IMG/VR virus record: IMGVR_UViG_3300018432_000008
Coordinates: 1-53,460 of that record
DNA length: 53,460 bases
Strand: one strand, 5' to 3'
DNA from: a virus
Taxonomy: Duplodnaviria; Caudoviricetes
Shown here: positions 36,292 through 45,015 of the stretch, piece by piece
Layout of the letters: each line of letters starts with the position of its first letter
How positions within the stretch are numbered: position 1 is the stretch's first letter
The notes under the pieces: model-generated
Told to the model about the DNA's origin: nothing
Database searches by the model: none
Seen by the model: only the letters and a program-made list of their open reading frames with translations
Position numbers and translations under genes: made by a program

Positions 36292-36489
36292 ATGCCACAG
36301 AATGAACCGAAGACGAAGTTTGAGACGATCCGCGTGCGGAAGCCCACCCGCGCCAAGCTGCGGGTGTTTAAGAGCGAGAAGAAGTGGTCGTGCGCGGACA
36401 CGGTCGAGATGGCGCTGGGACTGCTGGCCGAGCGTGAGAACGTGGACTTGTCCACCGTCACCCGTCGCCGTCGTGTTGTGCCCGCTTAA
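36292..36489 (+). CDS. Small RHH-like regulator (Cro position)
   Basis: TIRVRKPTRAKLRVFKSEKKWSCADTVEMAL. Confidence 0.55.
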   Translation: MPQNEPKTKFETIRVRKPTRAKLRVFKSEKKWSCADTVEMALGLLAERENVDLSTVTRRRRVVPA

Positions 36490-36573
36490 GACCACGGGAC
36501 GCAGCATGGTGCATGACATGGCGTGACCGCTATGGGAATCCGCCGCCAACTTTATACCCGCATGGAGACGAAC

Positions 36574-36975
36574 GTGAGCGAGCAAGTGAAGCATACGCCG
36601 GGGCGGTGGCTGATTCAGTACGCCGAGACGAGCGTGCGCTGGCCGGTAATCGTCGTGAAGGACGACACGTACGAAGGTGGCGAGCACGAGATCGCCGAGG
36701 TTTGCGATCATGTCGCCACAAACCACGGCACGTCGATTAAGCCGCGATGGGTAGGGCACCCCGACCGGGAAGAAGGCGAAGCCAACGCCCGCCTGATCGC
36801 AGCCGCACCGGACCTGCTCGCTGCGTGCCGCGCCGTTGACAAGCTAGTTGGCGAATTGATGGCGGGTAGCGCGAAAACGAACCACGGCGCGGCACGGAAC
36901 GCCACGGCATTGATGTTCAGGGAACTGGTCGCCGCCGCCATCGCCAAGGCTGAGCAACCCCCGGTGCTCGTGTGA
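36574..36975 (+). CDS. Phage hypothetical protein (HTPG.W...ANARLIAAAPDLL family)
   Basis: Common phage motif. Confidence 0.7.
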   Translation: MSEQVKHTPGRWLIQYAETSVRWPVIVVKDDTYEGGEHEIAEVCDHVATNHGTSIKPRWVGHPDREEGEANARLIAAAPDLLAACRAVDKLVGELMAGSAKTNHGAARNATALMFRELVAAAIAKAEQPPVLV

Positions 36976-37178
36976 CGCGCCCCGGCGACATCGCATGGAA
37001 CGAGTCCGTGCTACGTCGCGCCGACGAGGTAGGCATCGAAGCTGCTCTTCGTGAGCGTTGCCGGGTGAGCCGGTGGGCGAACGGGAGATGGACAACCGAG
37101 AAGGGAAATGACCATGAACGAGACGACGACGCAGCCCGAGACGACCGACATCGAACCGCCAGCGCCGGACAAATATAG
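36972..37178 (+). CDS. Hypothetical protein
   Basis: GTGA overlap. Confidence 0.35.
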   Translation: MTRPGDIAWNESVLRRADEVGIEAALRERCRVSRWANGRWTTEKGNDHERDDDAARDDRHRTASAGQI

Positions 37179-37388
37179 TCGCGCCGTTGAGTACCTGACG
37201 GCGCACCCGGAAGAGATTCCGCAGGCTTGGTCGCGGCAGGATGTGCATCCCTATGGGTGCTTGTTCTCCTTCGCTGCCCCCGATGACAACGCTGTTGACA
37301 TCACTGGCACCGTGTCATCGCAGGGGCAAACGTGTGGATGCCTGACGATGATTCGGTACTGATATACTTGACTCACCAAAGGAGACAC

Positions 37389-37964
37389 ATGAACGCTGAG
37401 AACTACCAGAACCGACCGACCTATACCGCCACCGCATCGCCCGGCGATGCGCGATTGCCGTTGCACCTGATTCGCGCTTTCGACACCGCGTGGAGCGAGC
37501 GTGTGCAGCGTGGCGCTACGGCTTTTGACCCCATTCTCGTCCGTCACATTCGCGGCCTTTACCAGTGGTGGGTGTGGACCTACTCAGACGTGCTGGATGC
37601 AGGCGACGCGGACCTCCTGTTCGTGGAGGCGATCGTCCGTACGCCGGTGGAAGACCTGATTGCCGCGATGCGCGAGGCCCGTGGACCCTGTGAGATGGCA
37701 GCGGCAGCGTCGGCTGAGTGCGCGGAGATTCCCGGCGCGGATCGTGCCCCGGTCGAAATGGAAATCAGTGAACCGAAGCCGCTACCCGATCAATCCGAAC
37801 GCGATGCCATCGAGGCGAGGGAGCGCGCACGCCAGCCTCTCGCCGGGTTCGGCCCACACATCCTTGGCCTGAGCGATAACGGGGTGTGCATCTTCTGTGG
37901 CGAGCACGCGGAGCGCATTCGATCACACCCAGACATGAAGTGCGTCGTGCGGAGCGGGCGATAA
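37389..37964 (+). CDS. IS passenger protein of unknown function (191 aa)
   Basis: AAGGAG RBS just inside the TIR; C-terminal CIFCGEH..HPDMKC. Confidence 0.7.
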   Translation: MNAENYQNRPTYTATASPGDARLPLHLIRAFDTAWSERVQRGATAFDPILVRHIRGLYQWWVWTYSDVLDAGDADLLFVEAIVRTPVEDLIAAMREARGPCEMAAAASAECAEIPGADRAPVEMEISEPKPLPDQSERDAIEARERARQPLAGFGPHILGLSDNGVCIFCGEHAERIRSHPDMKCVVRSGR

Positions 37965-37968
37965 TGAA

Positions 37969-38085
37969 CTACTTCCTCTTTAGTTTCCTCGCAGGCTTAG
38001 GCTTGTCTGGCATCTCCGACTTCGGAACCTGGACCAGCATCTTCGCGAGTTTGTCGAACGCCCTGAATCCCTTCGGCTTCTTCAC
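37969..38085 (-). CDS. Small basic peptide downstream of the transposase
   Basis: GGAGG RBS; VKKPKGFRAFDKLAKMLVQVPKSE. Confidence 0.55.
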   Translation of the reverse strand: MKKPKGFRAFDKLAKMLVQVPKSEMPDKPKPARKLKRK

Positions 38086-38095
38086 GGCTTGCCTC

Positions 38096-39037
38096 CTATT
38101 GCAGCCCCATGAACCCGCACCCGTCGATTTCGCAAAGCTGGCGGTAGGTAACGCGACGCCCCGCAGTTGTCGCCATGACCGTATCGAACCGATCGGCATC
38201 GTCGGTCTTGCGGTGATTGAACCGGAACGCCTGTTCGTCAACGTACCTCTGCAAGTGGAAGGGGGCAATCGCGACATACGTACCCTTCACCGTCCGCTTG
38301 AACAGCGACCAGAAGTTCTCCATGCCGTTGGTGTGGACGCTGCCGCGCACGTACTCATCAACGTGGCTGACTGCCTCGTGGATGTAGTGAGCCGCCAGAG
38401 CCTCGTAGGACAGCGCGGCGTCGGTGTAGAGGTTGGACCCCTTTTCGACGTTCGCAAGCACCACGGGGTTAATCACGCTCGCCTCAGTGGTCGGGATGAC
38501 CGTGGCCCGAACTTCCCCGCCGCGCTGGAGCAGCCCGTGAACGCACCGCTTGCCGTACCCGGCGCGGCCACGGCGGCGCTTCTCCCGGACGCTCTTGTGC
38601 ATGTTCTTCGCGTCACCGCCGACGAACGTCTCATCCGATTCGATCGTCCCGCTCAGCTTGCGAAAGGTGCCGGAGCGCATCGCCTCCCGGATGCGATGCA
38701 GCATGAACCACGCGGTTTTCTGAGTGACGCCAAGGGCGCGGGCAAGCTCGTGGCTGCTGATGCCGTTCTTGCAGTTGGCGATGGCCCAGACCGCCACCAG
38801 CCACTTATCCAGCCCCAGCGGCGAGTCCTCGAAGATCGTCCCGACCTTGTAGCTGAACTGCTTCTTGCAGTCCCGGCACTTGAGCAGCGGGCGTGTCGAA
38901 AGCTTGTAGACCTCCACCGATCCGCAGTGGTGGCAGACGATGCCGTGCGGCCACTTGATCCGCTTCATGTAGGCGTTGCAAACCTTGAGATCGGAGAAGT
39001 ACCGAACCGCTTCCAAGAGGCTGGTGGGATTGGACAT
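38096..39037 (-). CDS. IS1595-family (ISXO2-like) DDE transposase
   Basis: Zn ribbon CHHC..CRDC, HTH, ESDETFVGG, YTD, HTNGMENFWSLFKR, YVDEQAFRFN. Confidence 0.95.
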   Translation of the reverse strand: MSNPTSLLEAVRYFSDLKVCNAYMKRIKWPHGIVCHHCGSVEVYKLSTRPLLKCRDCKKQFSYKVGTIFEDSPLGLDKWLVAVWAIANCKNGISSHELARALGVTQKTAWFMLHRIREAMRSGTFRKLSGTIESDETFVGGDAKNMHKSVREKRRRGRAGYGKRCVHGLLQRGGEVRATVIPTTEASVINPVVLANVEKGSNLYTDAALSYEALAAHYIHEAVSHVDEYVRGSVHTNGMENFWSLFKRTVKGTYVAIAPFHLQRYVDEQAFRFNHRKTDDADRFDTVMATTAGRRVTYRQLCEIDGCGFMGLQ

Positions 39038-39288
39038 GCGTGAAATATACCCCAAGGAATCTGGTGAGTCAAGTATATCAGTACCGATGATTCGTGGTGG
39101 TGAATACTGCGCATGGACAGCGGAACTTACCGCGCTCATTCGTGCTGACAATCGACTGCCGGGCTGCGGCGACTTCTCTGAGATCACCGTTGACCACCTT
39201 CCCATCTTCGCAGGCTGGCAACGGCGAATCGATCTCGCCCTGAACCGCACCTAACCGAACCAACATCGCCCCGAAAGGACCACGACCA

Positions 39289-39519
39289 ATGAGCCGAGAA
39301 CAAGCAACGAGACGCGCCATCGACATTCACGATCGCGAGACGCTACGTGACTGCATCGTAGCCGACATGCTGGTTGACGTGCTCGCGCCGGGCGAGACGC
39401 AGCCCGGCGTTGCCGAAACCAACGGCGAGAGCCGTAACCGCACGGCAACGATGAGCGACGCGGACTGGGCGGATTACCTCGATTACACGGCCAAGCCCGA
39501 TCGGTTCGAGCCCGGCTGA
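39289..39519 (+). CDS. Hypothetical protein
   Basis: AAGGA RBS. Confidence 0.55.
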   Translation: MSREQATRRAIDIHDRETLRDCIVADMLVDVLAPGETQPGVAETNGESRNRTATMSDADWADYLDYTAKPDRFEPG

Positions 39520-39603
39520 ACGACCTGCTACCCACTCCCCGGCTGCGCTGGTCGCCCTTCCCGCCAGCGCAGCCATGTGGGGGACGCAAACGGAGACGAC
39601 GCG

Positions 39604-40164
39604 ATGTGCCTGCAACTGAGCCGAACAGCAACCGATGACCTACGCAGCGCCATCGTTGCGGCGGGCGGGACGCTGAAGCTCTTCAAGTGCTACCGCATTG
39701 ACTCTGAGAAGAACATCGTCTCACCCGTCACGGTTATGCCGGTTGAAATCGCAGAGGACGGCACCATCGCATCGAACCGACCGGCGCGGGACTTCACGAC
39801 GAGCGAGCTTGAAGTTGACACCGTCACGCTAGGGATTCACGGCACAACCACGGCTGAACACGCATCGGAATTCTATGCGGGCAACCGGAAGATAATCGTT
39901 GAAGCCACAGCAACCGCAGAGGACTTCGTCGGCACCAACGCGGACAAGACGCATCTCGTGTTCATGAAGATCACCGTCAACCGCGAAGCTGTTCAAGCAG
40001 CGGTTGATGCGTTTCCCATCGGGCACGATGAGTACTTCGACGACGATGACGACGACGATTTTGATGATGACGATGATGACGATGATGACGATTGGGACGA
40101 CGACTGGGACGATGACGATGACCTCGATGATGAAGACGAGGACGACGACGCAGAGGACGACTGA
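39604..40164 (+). CDS. Protein with a ~45-residue Asp-rich C-terminal tail
   Basis: GGAG RBS; GAY-rich tract about 40026-40161. Confidence 0.7.
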   Translation: MCLQLSRTATDDLRSAIVAAGGTLKLFKCYRIDSEKNIVSPVTVMPVEIAEDGTIASNRPARDFTTSELEVDTVTLGIHGTTTAEHASEFYAGNRKIIVEATATAEDFVGTNADKTHLVFMKITVNREAVQAAVDAFPIGHDEYFDDDDDDDFDDDDDDDDDDWDDDWDDDDDLDDEDEDDDAEDD

Positions 40165-40240
40165 CCCTGCTCCTGTCTTACCTATCCGCCACGGCGCTGC
40201 TGTGGTGGCCTTGAAGCCGACGCCACGGCGGGAAGGAACG

Positions 40241-40468
40241 ATGAACCGCATCACGATCGACATCCCGAACGCGCCCTACCAAGCGGCCGGCCAGATCATC
40301 GTTGACGCGCTGAGGGAATCAGGGATGAACCCGAACAATCCCGAGGTGCAATCAAACCCGATGGTCGGTGAGTGCCTTGGGGTGTGGGGGCGCGGTGAGT
40401 GGACGCGGGAGGAGTTCGTGAAGGCGATGCGAAACCTAACGATTCTGAACCCAGGATTGACGCGATGA
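40241..40468 (+). CDS. Hypothetical protein
   Basis: AAGGA RBS. Confidence 0.55.
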   Translation: MNRITIDIPNAPYQAAGQIIVDALRESGMNPNNPEVQSNPMVGECLGVWGRGEWTREEFVKAMRNLTILNPGLTR

Positions 40469-40623
40469 CCACCCCCGCCGACACCACCCTAACTGAGCGG
40501 GTCGCCGCGCTGGAGGCAGAGGTCGAGCGTCTTCGCGAGCGCGAGGCTGAACTGCTCGCGGAACGGGACGAGGCGAAGGAACGGGTGATGGAACTGGAAT
40601 GGGAAAGGGCGTGGCGGCGATGA
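40465..40623 (+). CDS. Coiled-coil small protein
   Basis: ATGA overlaps. Confidence 0.55.
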   Translation: MTTPADTTLTERVAALEAEVERLREREAELLAERDEAKERVMELEWERAWRR

Positions 40624-41069
40624 GCACAGAAATCGAACTGACGGCAGCTATCGAACGGATCGAGCTGAGCGCGCCCATCGAGGTTGTCGCGGATGTTCAG
40701 GGCCGGGTCGAGAACTTCCTTCGCGTGGCGAAACAACTCAAGGCTGCGTGCGAGGTTCGCATCATCGAATACGTAAAAGCGAACGGACCCTACACCGTAG
40801 GCGACAACGTCACCAAGACCGTGAAGGCTGAGAAGAAAGAGAAGCCGAAAGACCTGCGCGCCACCGTCGAAGCCTGCATGATCGCGGCGAACGGCGACCT
40901 GGACCTGTTCACGGGGCTCATCGCTTCAGACGGCATCAAGCCAGGGGCGGCTAAGCGGCTGCTCGGCGAAGCGTTTGACGAGCACTTCGAGACGACGTGG
41001 CGGGACGTGCTCGTGGACGGCAAGCCGGGGTTGAAGTTGGTCACGCAGAACACGCAATTCATCAAGTAA
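40620..41069 (+). CDS. Hypothetical protein
   Basis: ATGA overlap. Confidence 0.6.
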   Translation: MSTEIELTAAIERIELSAPIEVVADVQGRVENFLRVAKQLKAACEVRIIEYVKANGPYTVGDNVTKTVKAEKKEKPKDLRATVEACMIAANGDLDLFTGLIASDGIKPGAAKRLLGEAFDEHFETTWRDVLVDGKPGLKLVTQNTQFIK

Positions 41070-41105
41070 CACGCGCCCCACAGGGGCAGAAAGAGACAGG
41101 GGACC

Positions 41106-41666
41106 ATGAAACGAGGCGAAGCCTTTCCATCCACGTTCGTCAGCAAGGACGACGTACAGACACCCAAGGTCGTCACGATCTCCGGTGTCGAGAACCAGAT
41201 GATCAAGGGGGAGCACGGCGAAGAGCGCAAGCCGGTCATGTCGTTCAGCGACTTCGACAAGGCCATGATCCTGAACGGGATCAACTGGCAGACGTGCGAG
41301 GACGCATACGGCGACGACTCAGACGGCTGGGCCGGCAAGAAGATCGAACTGTATCACGACCCGAACGTGATGTTCGGTGCCAAGCGCGTCGGTGGTGTCC
41401 GGATGCGGTTGCCGGTTCGTGGTGCTGCAACCGGCGGTGCCGGGAACAACGGTCACTGGCCCTGGGCTGAGGCCGTACGCAAGGCTGGCGAAGTCGGCAT
41501 GACCGAGACGGATCTGAAGGCGTACCTGAAAGAGCAGGGGCTGACTGGTTACACCGCGGCACGCGACACGGCGACGGTGCGCAACATGATCGTTGAACGG
41601 CAGAAAGAGTCGGCGTTCAGCGGCGAAGCATCGTTCGAAGATGACCCGAGTTCGATTCCATTTTGA
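41106..41666 (+). CDS. Putative single-stranded DNA-binding protein
   Basis: AFPSTFV..LNGIN..DGWAGKKIELY; acidic DDPSSIPF C-terminus. Confidence 0.65.
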   Translation: MKRGEAFPSTFVSKDDVQTPKVVTISGVENQMIKGEHGEERKPVMSFSDFDKAMILNGINWQTCEDAYGDDSDGWAGKKIELYHDPNVMFGAKRVGGVRMRLPVRGAATGGAGNNGHWPWAEAVRKAGEVGMTETDLKAYLKEQGLTGYTAARDTATVRNMIVERQKESAFSGEASFEDDPSSIPF

Positions 41667-41678
41667 AGCGTGTGACCG

Positions 41679-42104
41679 ATGGCGGACGACCTTCCAATCC
41701 TGAACCTCAGCAACCCGTTGCACAAGCGGTTGTTGGTCAACCACGTCAAGGGGTTGGAAGGCGTCCACCGGGTCAACATCTCTAAAGTTCGTGCGCAGCG
41801 CACGTTGTCACAGAACGCTTACCTCCACGGCGTAGTTTTTACGCTGGCAGCCAAGGGGTTCTGCGAAGCGTGGGGCGGCGATTGGAATATGGACCGCGCC
41901 AAGACGGTGCTGAAGGATGAGTTCCTTCGCTTCCCGGTGGTGAACCAGAATACCGGTGAGGTCCACGCTTGGGAGACGCGCAGTACTGCGGACCTGAACA
42001 TCGAAGAGTGCTCGCGGTTTATTGAGCAGTGCATCGAGTATTGCCAAGACAAGCTCGGCGTGCCCGTGCCGCCAGCTAACGAGTACGAGCAGCAGGTTGC
42101 TTGA
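41679..42104 (+). CDS. NinB/DUF1367-like recombination accessory protein
   Basis: RTLSQNAYLH..RSTADLNIEECSRFIE. Confidence 0.7.
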   Translation: MADDLPILNLSNPLHKRLLVNHVKGLEGVHRVNISKVRAQRTLSQNAYLHGVVFTLAAKGFCEAWGGDWNMDRAKTVLKDEFLRFPVVNQNTGEVHAWETRSTADLNIEECSRFIEQCIEYCQDKLGVPVPPANEYEQQVA

Positions 42105-42445
42105 CCGCCCGGACGTTCCTGGCGACACGGACACACTTTACGGACCCGCCGATGACCCACAGTGAGCCCGTGAGAACGGACACCCTTATCAGGCTGCGTG
42201 ATGACTTGCTGAAGAGGCTGAGCGCGGCACAGACGCGCCGATCAGCCACGCACGGCGACGGCTGGATTCTGCATGAGCGCGAAACGATGTGCGATGCCGT
42301 GAACCTTCACCGACAACGCCTTGGCAAGCAGCCCATTGCGATCGACGCCGTTGAGCGTGTCGAGAATCAGGCGGTTGGACATTCAGACTACTCGTCTAAG
42401 TTTGCGCTGTACTGCGCGGAACTCGTACTTGAGGAACGCCGATGA
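42101..42445 (+). CDS. Hypothetical protein
   Basis: AVGHSDYSSKFALYCAEL; tiled. Confidence 0.55.
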   Translation: MTARTFLATRTHFTDPPMTHSEPVRTDTLIRLRDDLLKRLSAAQTRRSATHGDGWILHERETMCDAVNLHRQRLGKQPIAIDAVERVENQAVGHSDYSSKFALYCAELVLEERR

Positions 42446-42654
42446 CCCAACCCACCCCCGCCGACGCGCAACCGCAGACCCCGGAGAGCGTGGCGATCGC
42501 AATGAAGATATGTGCGTGCCTGCTTGAGGATGACTCGTCGCGGCACATGAACTGTCCGGTGTGCTGGGAAGATAACTCCGCACACGCTGCCGACTGCTTG
42601 CTCGCTCAGTTGCGTGCCGCCCTATCCGCCGCCCCCAAGGAGACCCAGCCATGA
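42442..42654 (+). CDS. Small Zn-binding hypothetical protein
   Basis: CPVC..HAADC. Confidence 0.55.
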   Translation: MTQPTPADAQPQTPESVAIAMKICACLLEDDSSRHMNCPVCWEDNSAHAADCLLAQLRAALSAAPKETQP

Positions 42655-43073
42655 CCGACCCCGCACCCGCCGCAGACGCCCGCGAGACGCTAGGGGACGA
42701 GCCTGTGCCCGAAACGTTGGTGTTGAGCGAGCATCAACTGAACGAGCTTGCTGCCGGTCGGTGTCCGGGTTGCGGCGGTCGTCTTCAGTCGTCCGGCTTC
42801 TTTGGCGAGACGGTGATGTGCGCGAGGCGTGGCGAGTCGGAGCTTTCGGTCTGCAAGATGTACCTGCCCTCGCTCGCCCATCTTTCGCTAGCACGGCTTG
42901 TCAAAGCGTGTGGCGCGGCACGGCAACACGTCCACGAACTGGAAGATGCTTGGCAACGCGGGGCGATCCAAGACCTCGACGGCAAGGGCGGCGAACGGTC
43001 AAACCGCAACATCGAAGTACGAAACCTGTTGCGTGCCGCCCTCGCAGCAAAGGAGCCCCATCATGGAACGTGA
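42651..43073 (+). CDS. Hypothetical protein
   Basis: AAGGAG RBS; CPGC. Confidence 0.55.
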   Translation: MTDPAPAADARETLGDEPVPETLVLSEHQLNELAAGRCPGCGGRLQSSGFFGETVMCARRGESELSVCKMYLPSLAHLSLARLVKACGAARQHVHELEDAWQRGAIQDLDGKGGERSNRNIEVRNLLRAALAAKEPHHGT

Positions 43074-43326
43074 ACGCGAGACGCAAGGGGCTACCAACAG
43101 CGACCGTCTCCAGTCGCTCGCGTGGGCGATCCGCGCCGGGAACCTGATGGGCAAGGCGTCGCAGAATGACGCGGCTGCAATCGAGCACGTATTGGCCGCG
43201 TTGAACCAAATCGCGTCGTGGGATGATGGCGCAATGGCGCGTGCATCGACCCTGCACTACGACATGCGCGGGACCGCCCGCGCCGCTCTCGCAGAAAAGG
43301 AGCAGCCCCATGAGCAAGCCAAGTGA
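43063..43326 (+). CDS. Hypothetical protein
   Basis: AAGGAG RBS. Confidence 0.55.
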   Translation: MERERETQGATNSDRLQSLAWAIRAGNLMGKASQNDAAAIEHVLAALNQIASWDDGAMARASTLHYDMRGTARAALAEKEQPHEQAK

Positions 43327-43720
43327 TGTTGCCGGCAAGCAGGCGAGCCCGGACGGCGAGGGCGTCTACATCGCCTCGCGCACGAAGCACGCGCCGAAGT
43401 GGCGGGCGTTACGTGACGCTGGCGTGCCGATCATCTCGACTTGGATTGACGAGGCCGAGCAGGGTCAGACCGCAGACTTTACCGACCTCGCGGAACGGTG
43501 TGTCAGCGAGGCGCGTGATGCGTCCGCCACGATCGTCTACCGCGAGGCTGGCGAGAACTTGAAAGGTGCGTTGATCGAAGTCGGCGCGGCGTTATCGGCT
43601 GGGCGAAAGGTCGTGTCGTGCGGCGAGTGGGAAGATTGGTCGTGCGCTTTGGAGCACCATCCGAAGTGGTGCTGCGTTCCGACCGTTGAGGACGCGATCA
43701 ACTATCTGCGCAAGAAGTAG
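43310..43720 (+). CDS. Nucleoside deoxyribosyltransferase-like protein
   Basis: VYIAS..STWID..GALIEVGAALSAGRKV. Confidence 0.6.
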   Translation: MSKPSDVAGKQASPDGEGVYIASRTKHAPKWRALRDAGVPIISTWIDEAEQGQTADFTDLAERCVSEARDASATIVYREAGENLKGALIEVGAALSAGRKVVSCGEWEDWSCALEHHPKWCCVPTVEDAINYLRKK

Positions 43721-43761
43721 CCCCGCCCGCTGCCTACCGGCGGCTGGCACAGAGGAAAAAG

Positions 43762-44019
43762 ATGAAGCGACTCATCGACATGACCGAAGCCGAGATGCGG
43801 GTCTACTTCGGTGGCATCGGCGAGATGCTTGAAAGCGTCATGCCCGCTGAATCAGTTCCGGGCAAAGGTCGCAACGGGCGGGCGCTGTTCATGCTGGTCG
43901 TGTTCGATGACCCCGGCCTTGCGCAGTACGTCAGCAATTGCAGCCGTGAAAACATGATCAAGGCGATGCGCGAAACGGCGGACCGCTTTGAACGGCAGGA
44001 AACACTGGACCGAACCTGA
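43762..44019 (+). CDS. Hypothetical protein
   Basis: FMLVVFD..QYVSNCSRENMIKAMRE. Confidence 0.65.
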   Translation: MKRLIDMTEAEMRVYFGGIGEMLESVMPAESVPGKGRNGRALFMLVVFDDPGLAQYVSNCSRENMIKAMRETADRFERQETLDRT

Positions 44020-44027
44020 AAGGAATT

Positions 44028-44387
44028 GTGATGGACAACAGAGGCCACTGGCACGAATCGGAACAAGCGGCGATGGACGCGAACCGGAAATTCCGGGATC
44101 AGTTCAGCAACTCGCCGTCGCAGATGCCCGAGCGACCCGCCATTTCAATCGAGTACGGCGAGATGGTGCAGGTCGTGAAAGCCGACGGCGAGACACTTCA
44201 CGCGACGTTCGACGCGGTGGAAAAGAACAAGGTGACGTTGACGCCGCAGGACAAGCCCGGCGTTCCGCTGCCGTACTTCGAGCTGGCGGAAAGCGTTCAA
44301 CTCGCTCGCGCCAGCGGCGAGAGCGTCAAGGCGCAGGTGTGGGACAACCGCAAGGGCAAGCTGATCCTGCGAACGTTGCCAGTCTGA
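44028..44387 (+). CDS. Hypothetical protein with an internal tandem repeat
   Basis: EYGEMVQVVKADGETL / ELAESVQLARASGESV. Confidence 0.6.
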   Translation: MMDNRGHWHESEQAAMDANRKFRDQFSNSPSQMPERPAISIEYGEMVQVVKADGETLHATFDAVEKNKVTLTPQDKPGVPLPYFELAESVQLARASGESVKAQVWDNRKGKLILRTLPV

Positions 44388-44418
44388 GTAGCCCCGGCGG
44401 CTGGCACAGAGGAGTCAC

Positions 44419-44712
44419 ATGAGCAGCGACAACGCGACGAGCGACGGGACGACGAAGCGAGTAGCGCCGGACAACGGCGGACCTGCGTTCCCCGTGACCA
44501 TGAGCGGCGAACCACAGTTCGATTGCGCGACTTCCTTGCGCGACTACTTCGCGGCGAAGGTGATTTCGCGGCTGCTGCCGATGGGAGTTACCCCGCTGCG
44601 TCAATATCGAGAGGGCGCGCCGGAAACCGTGGGCGAAGTGGCGGCTATGCAGGCGTACCACGTAGCCGACGCAATGCTCGCGGAACGAAGGAAGACGACG
44701 CTCGCGCGGTGA
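44419..44712 (+). CDS. Phage protein (GGPAFP..SLRDYFAAK..AY..ADAML family)
   Basis: Widespread phage motif. Confidence 0.75.
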   Translation: MSSDNATSDGTTKRVAPDNGGPAFPVTMSGEPQFDCATSLRDYFAAKVISRLLPMGVTPLRQYREGAPETVGEVAAMQAYHVADAMLAERRKTTLAR

Positions 44713-44757
44713 CGCGGGAAGGCACAGGGCATCCGGCGGGCGAACGAGGACGCGACG

Positions 44758-45015
44758 ATGAGCGAGAGCAACGAACGCGACTGGCTGACTGCTGACGAGC
44801 TTGCGGGGCGGTGGGGCGTGGACACGTCCACCGTTTACCGATGGCGGCGTGAGGGTGACATCCCCACGATGCGCGTCGGCGGCATCGTACGTATCCATCG
44901 CAGCGTCGTGGAGGCCGCAGAGGACAACGCGAAGCACAAGGCGTCTGTCGCGGCCATCAAGCGGCTGCGGAAACGGTTCCAGGGCGTACCGGACAGGATC
45001 GGCAGCATCGACTAG
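44758..45015 (+). CDS. xis: Excisionase-like HTH protein
   Basis: WLTADELAGRWGVDTSTVYRWRREGDIP..VRIH; converges on int. Confidence 0.8.
   Translation: MSESNERDWLTADELAGRWGVDTSTVYRWRREGDIPTMRVGGIVRIHRSVVEAAEDNAKHKASVAAIKRLRKRFQGVPDRIGSID

Larger units (their letters stand above)
37355..39085 (-). mobile_element. IS1595-family element (1731 bp) with passenger gene
   Basis: Perfect 24-bp TIRs GGTACTGATATACTTGACTCACCA (37355-78, 39062-85); 8-bp TSD GATGATTC (37347-54, 39086-93). Confidence 0.95.
37114..39254 (+). pseudogene. 133-aa gene interrupted by the IS (37114-37354 + 39094-39254)
   Basis: Removing the IS and one TSD restores ..CGCLTMIR-GGEYCAWTAELT.. in frame. Confidence 0.85.
43737..44413 (+). 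repeat. 20-bp direct repeat CCGGCGGCTGGCACAGAGGA (43737-56, 44394-413)
   Basis: Exact copies, each ending in the RBS of the next gene. Confidence 0.8.

Noticed and set aside
37886-39043. 385-aa + strand ORF over the transposase
   Set aside because: Antisense shadow of the IS1595 transposase with no motifs. It shows long antisense frames arise easily here, so the intein case rests on motifs on both strands and the promoter, not on ORF length.
40026-40161. CRISPR array or microsatellite
   Set aside because: Degenerate GAY codons in a coding frame; no repeat-spacer structure seen here or elsewhere in the window
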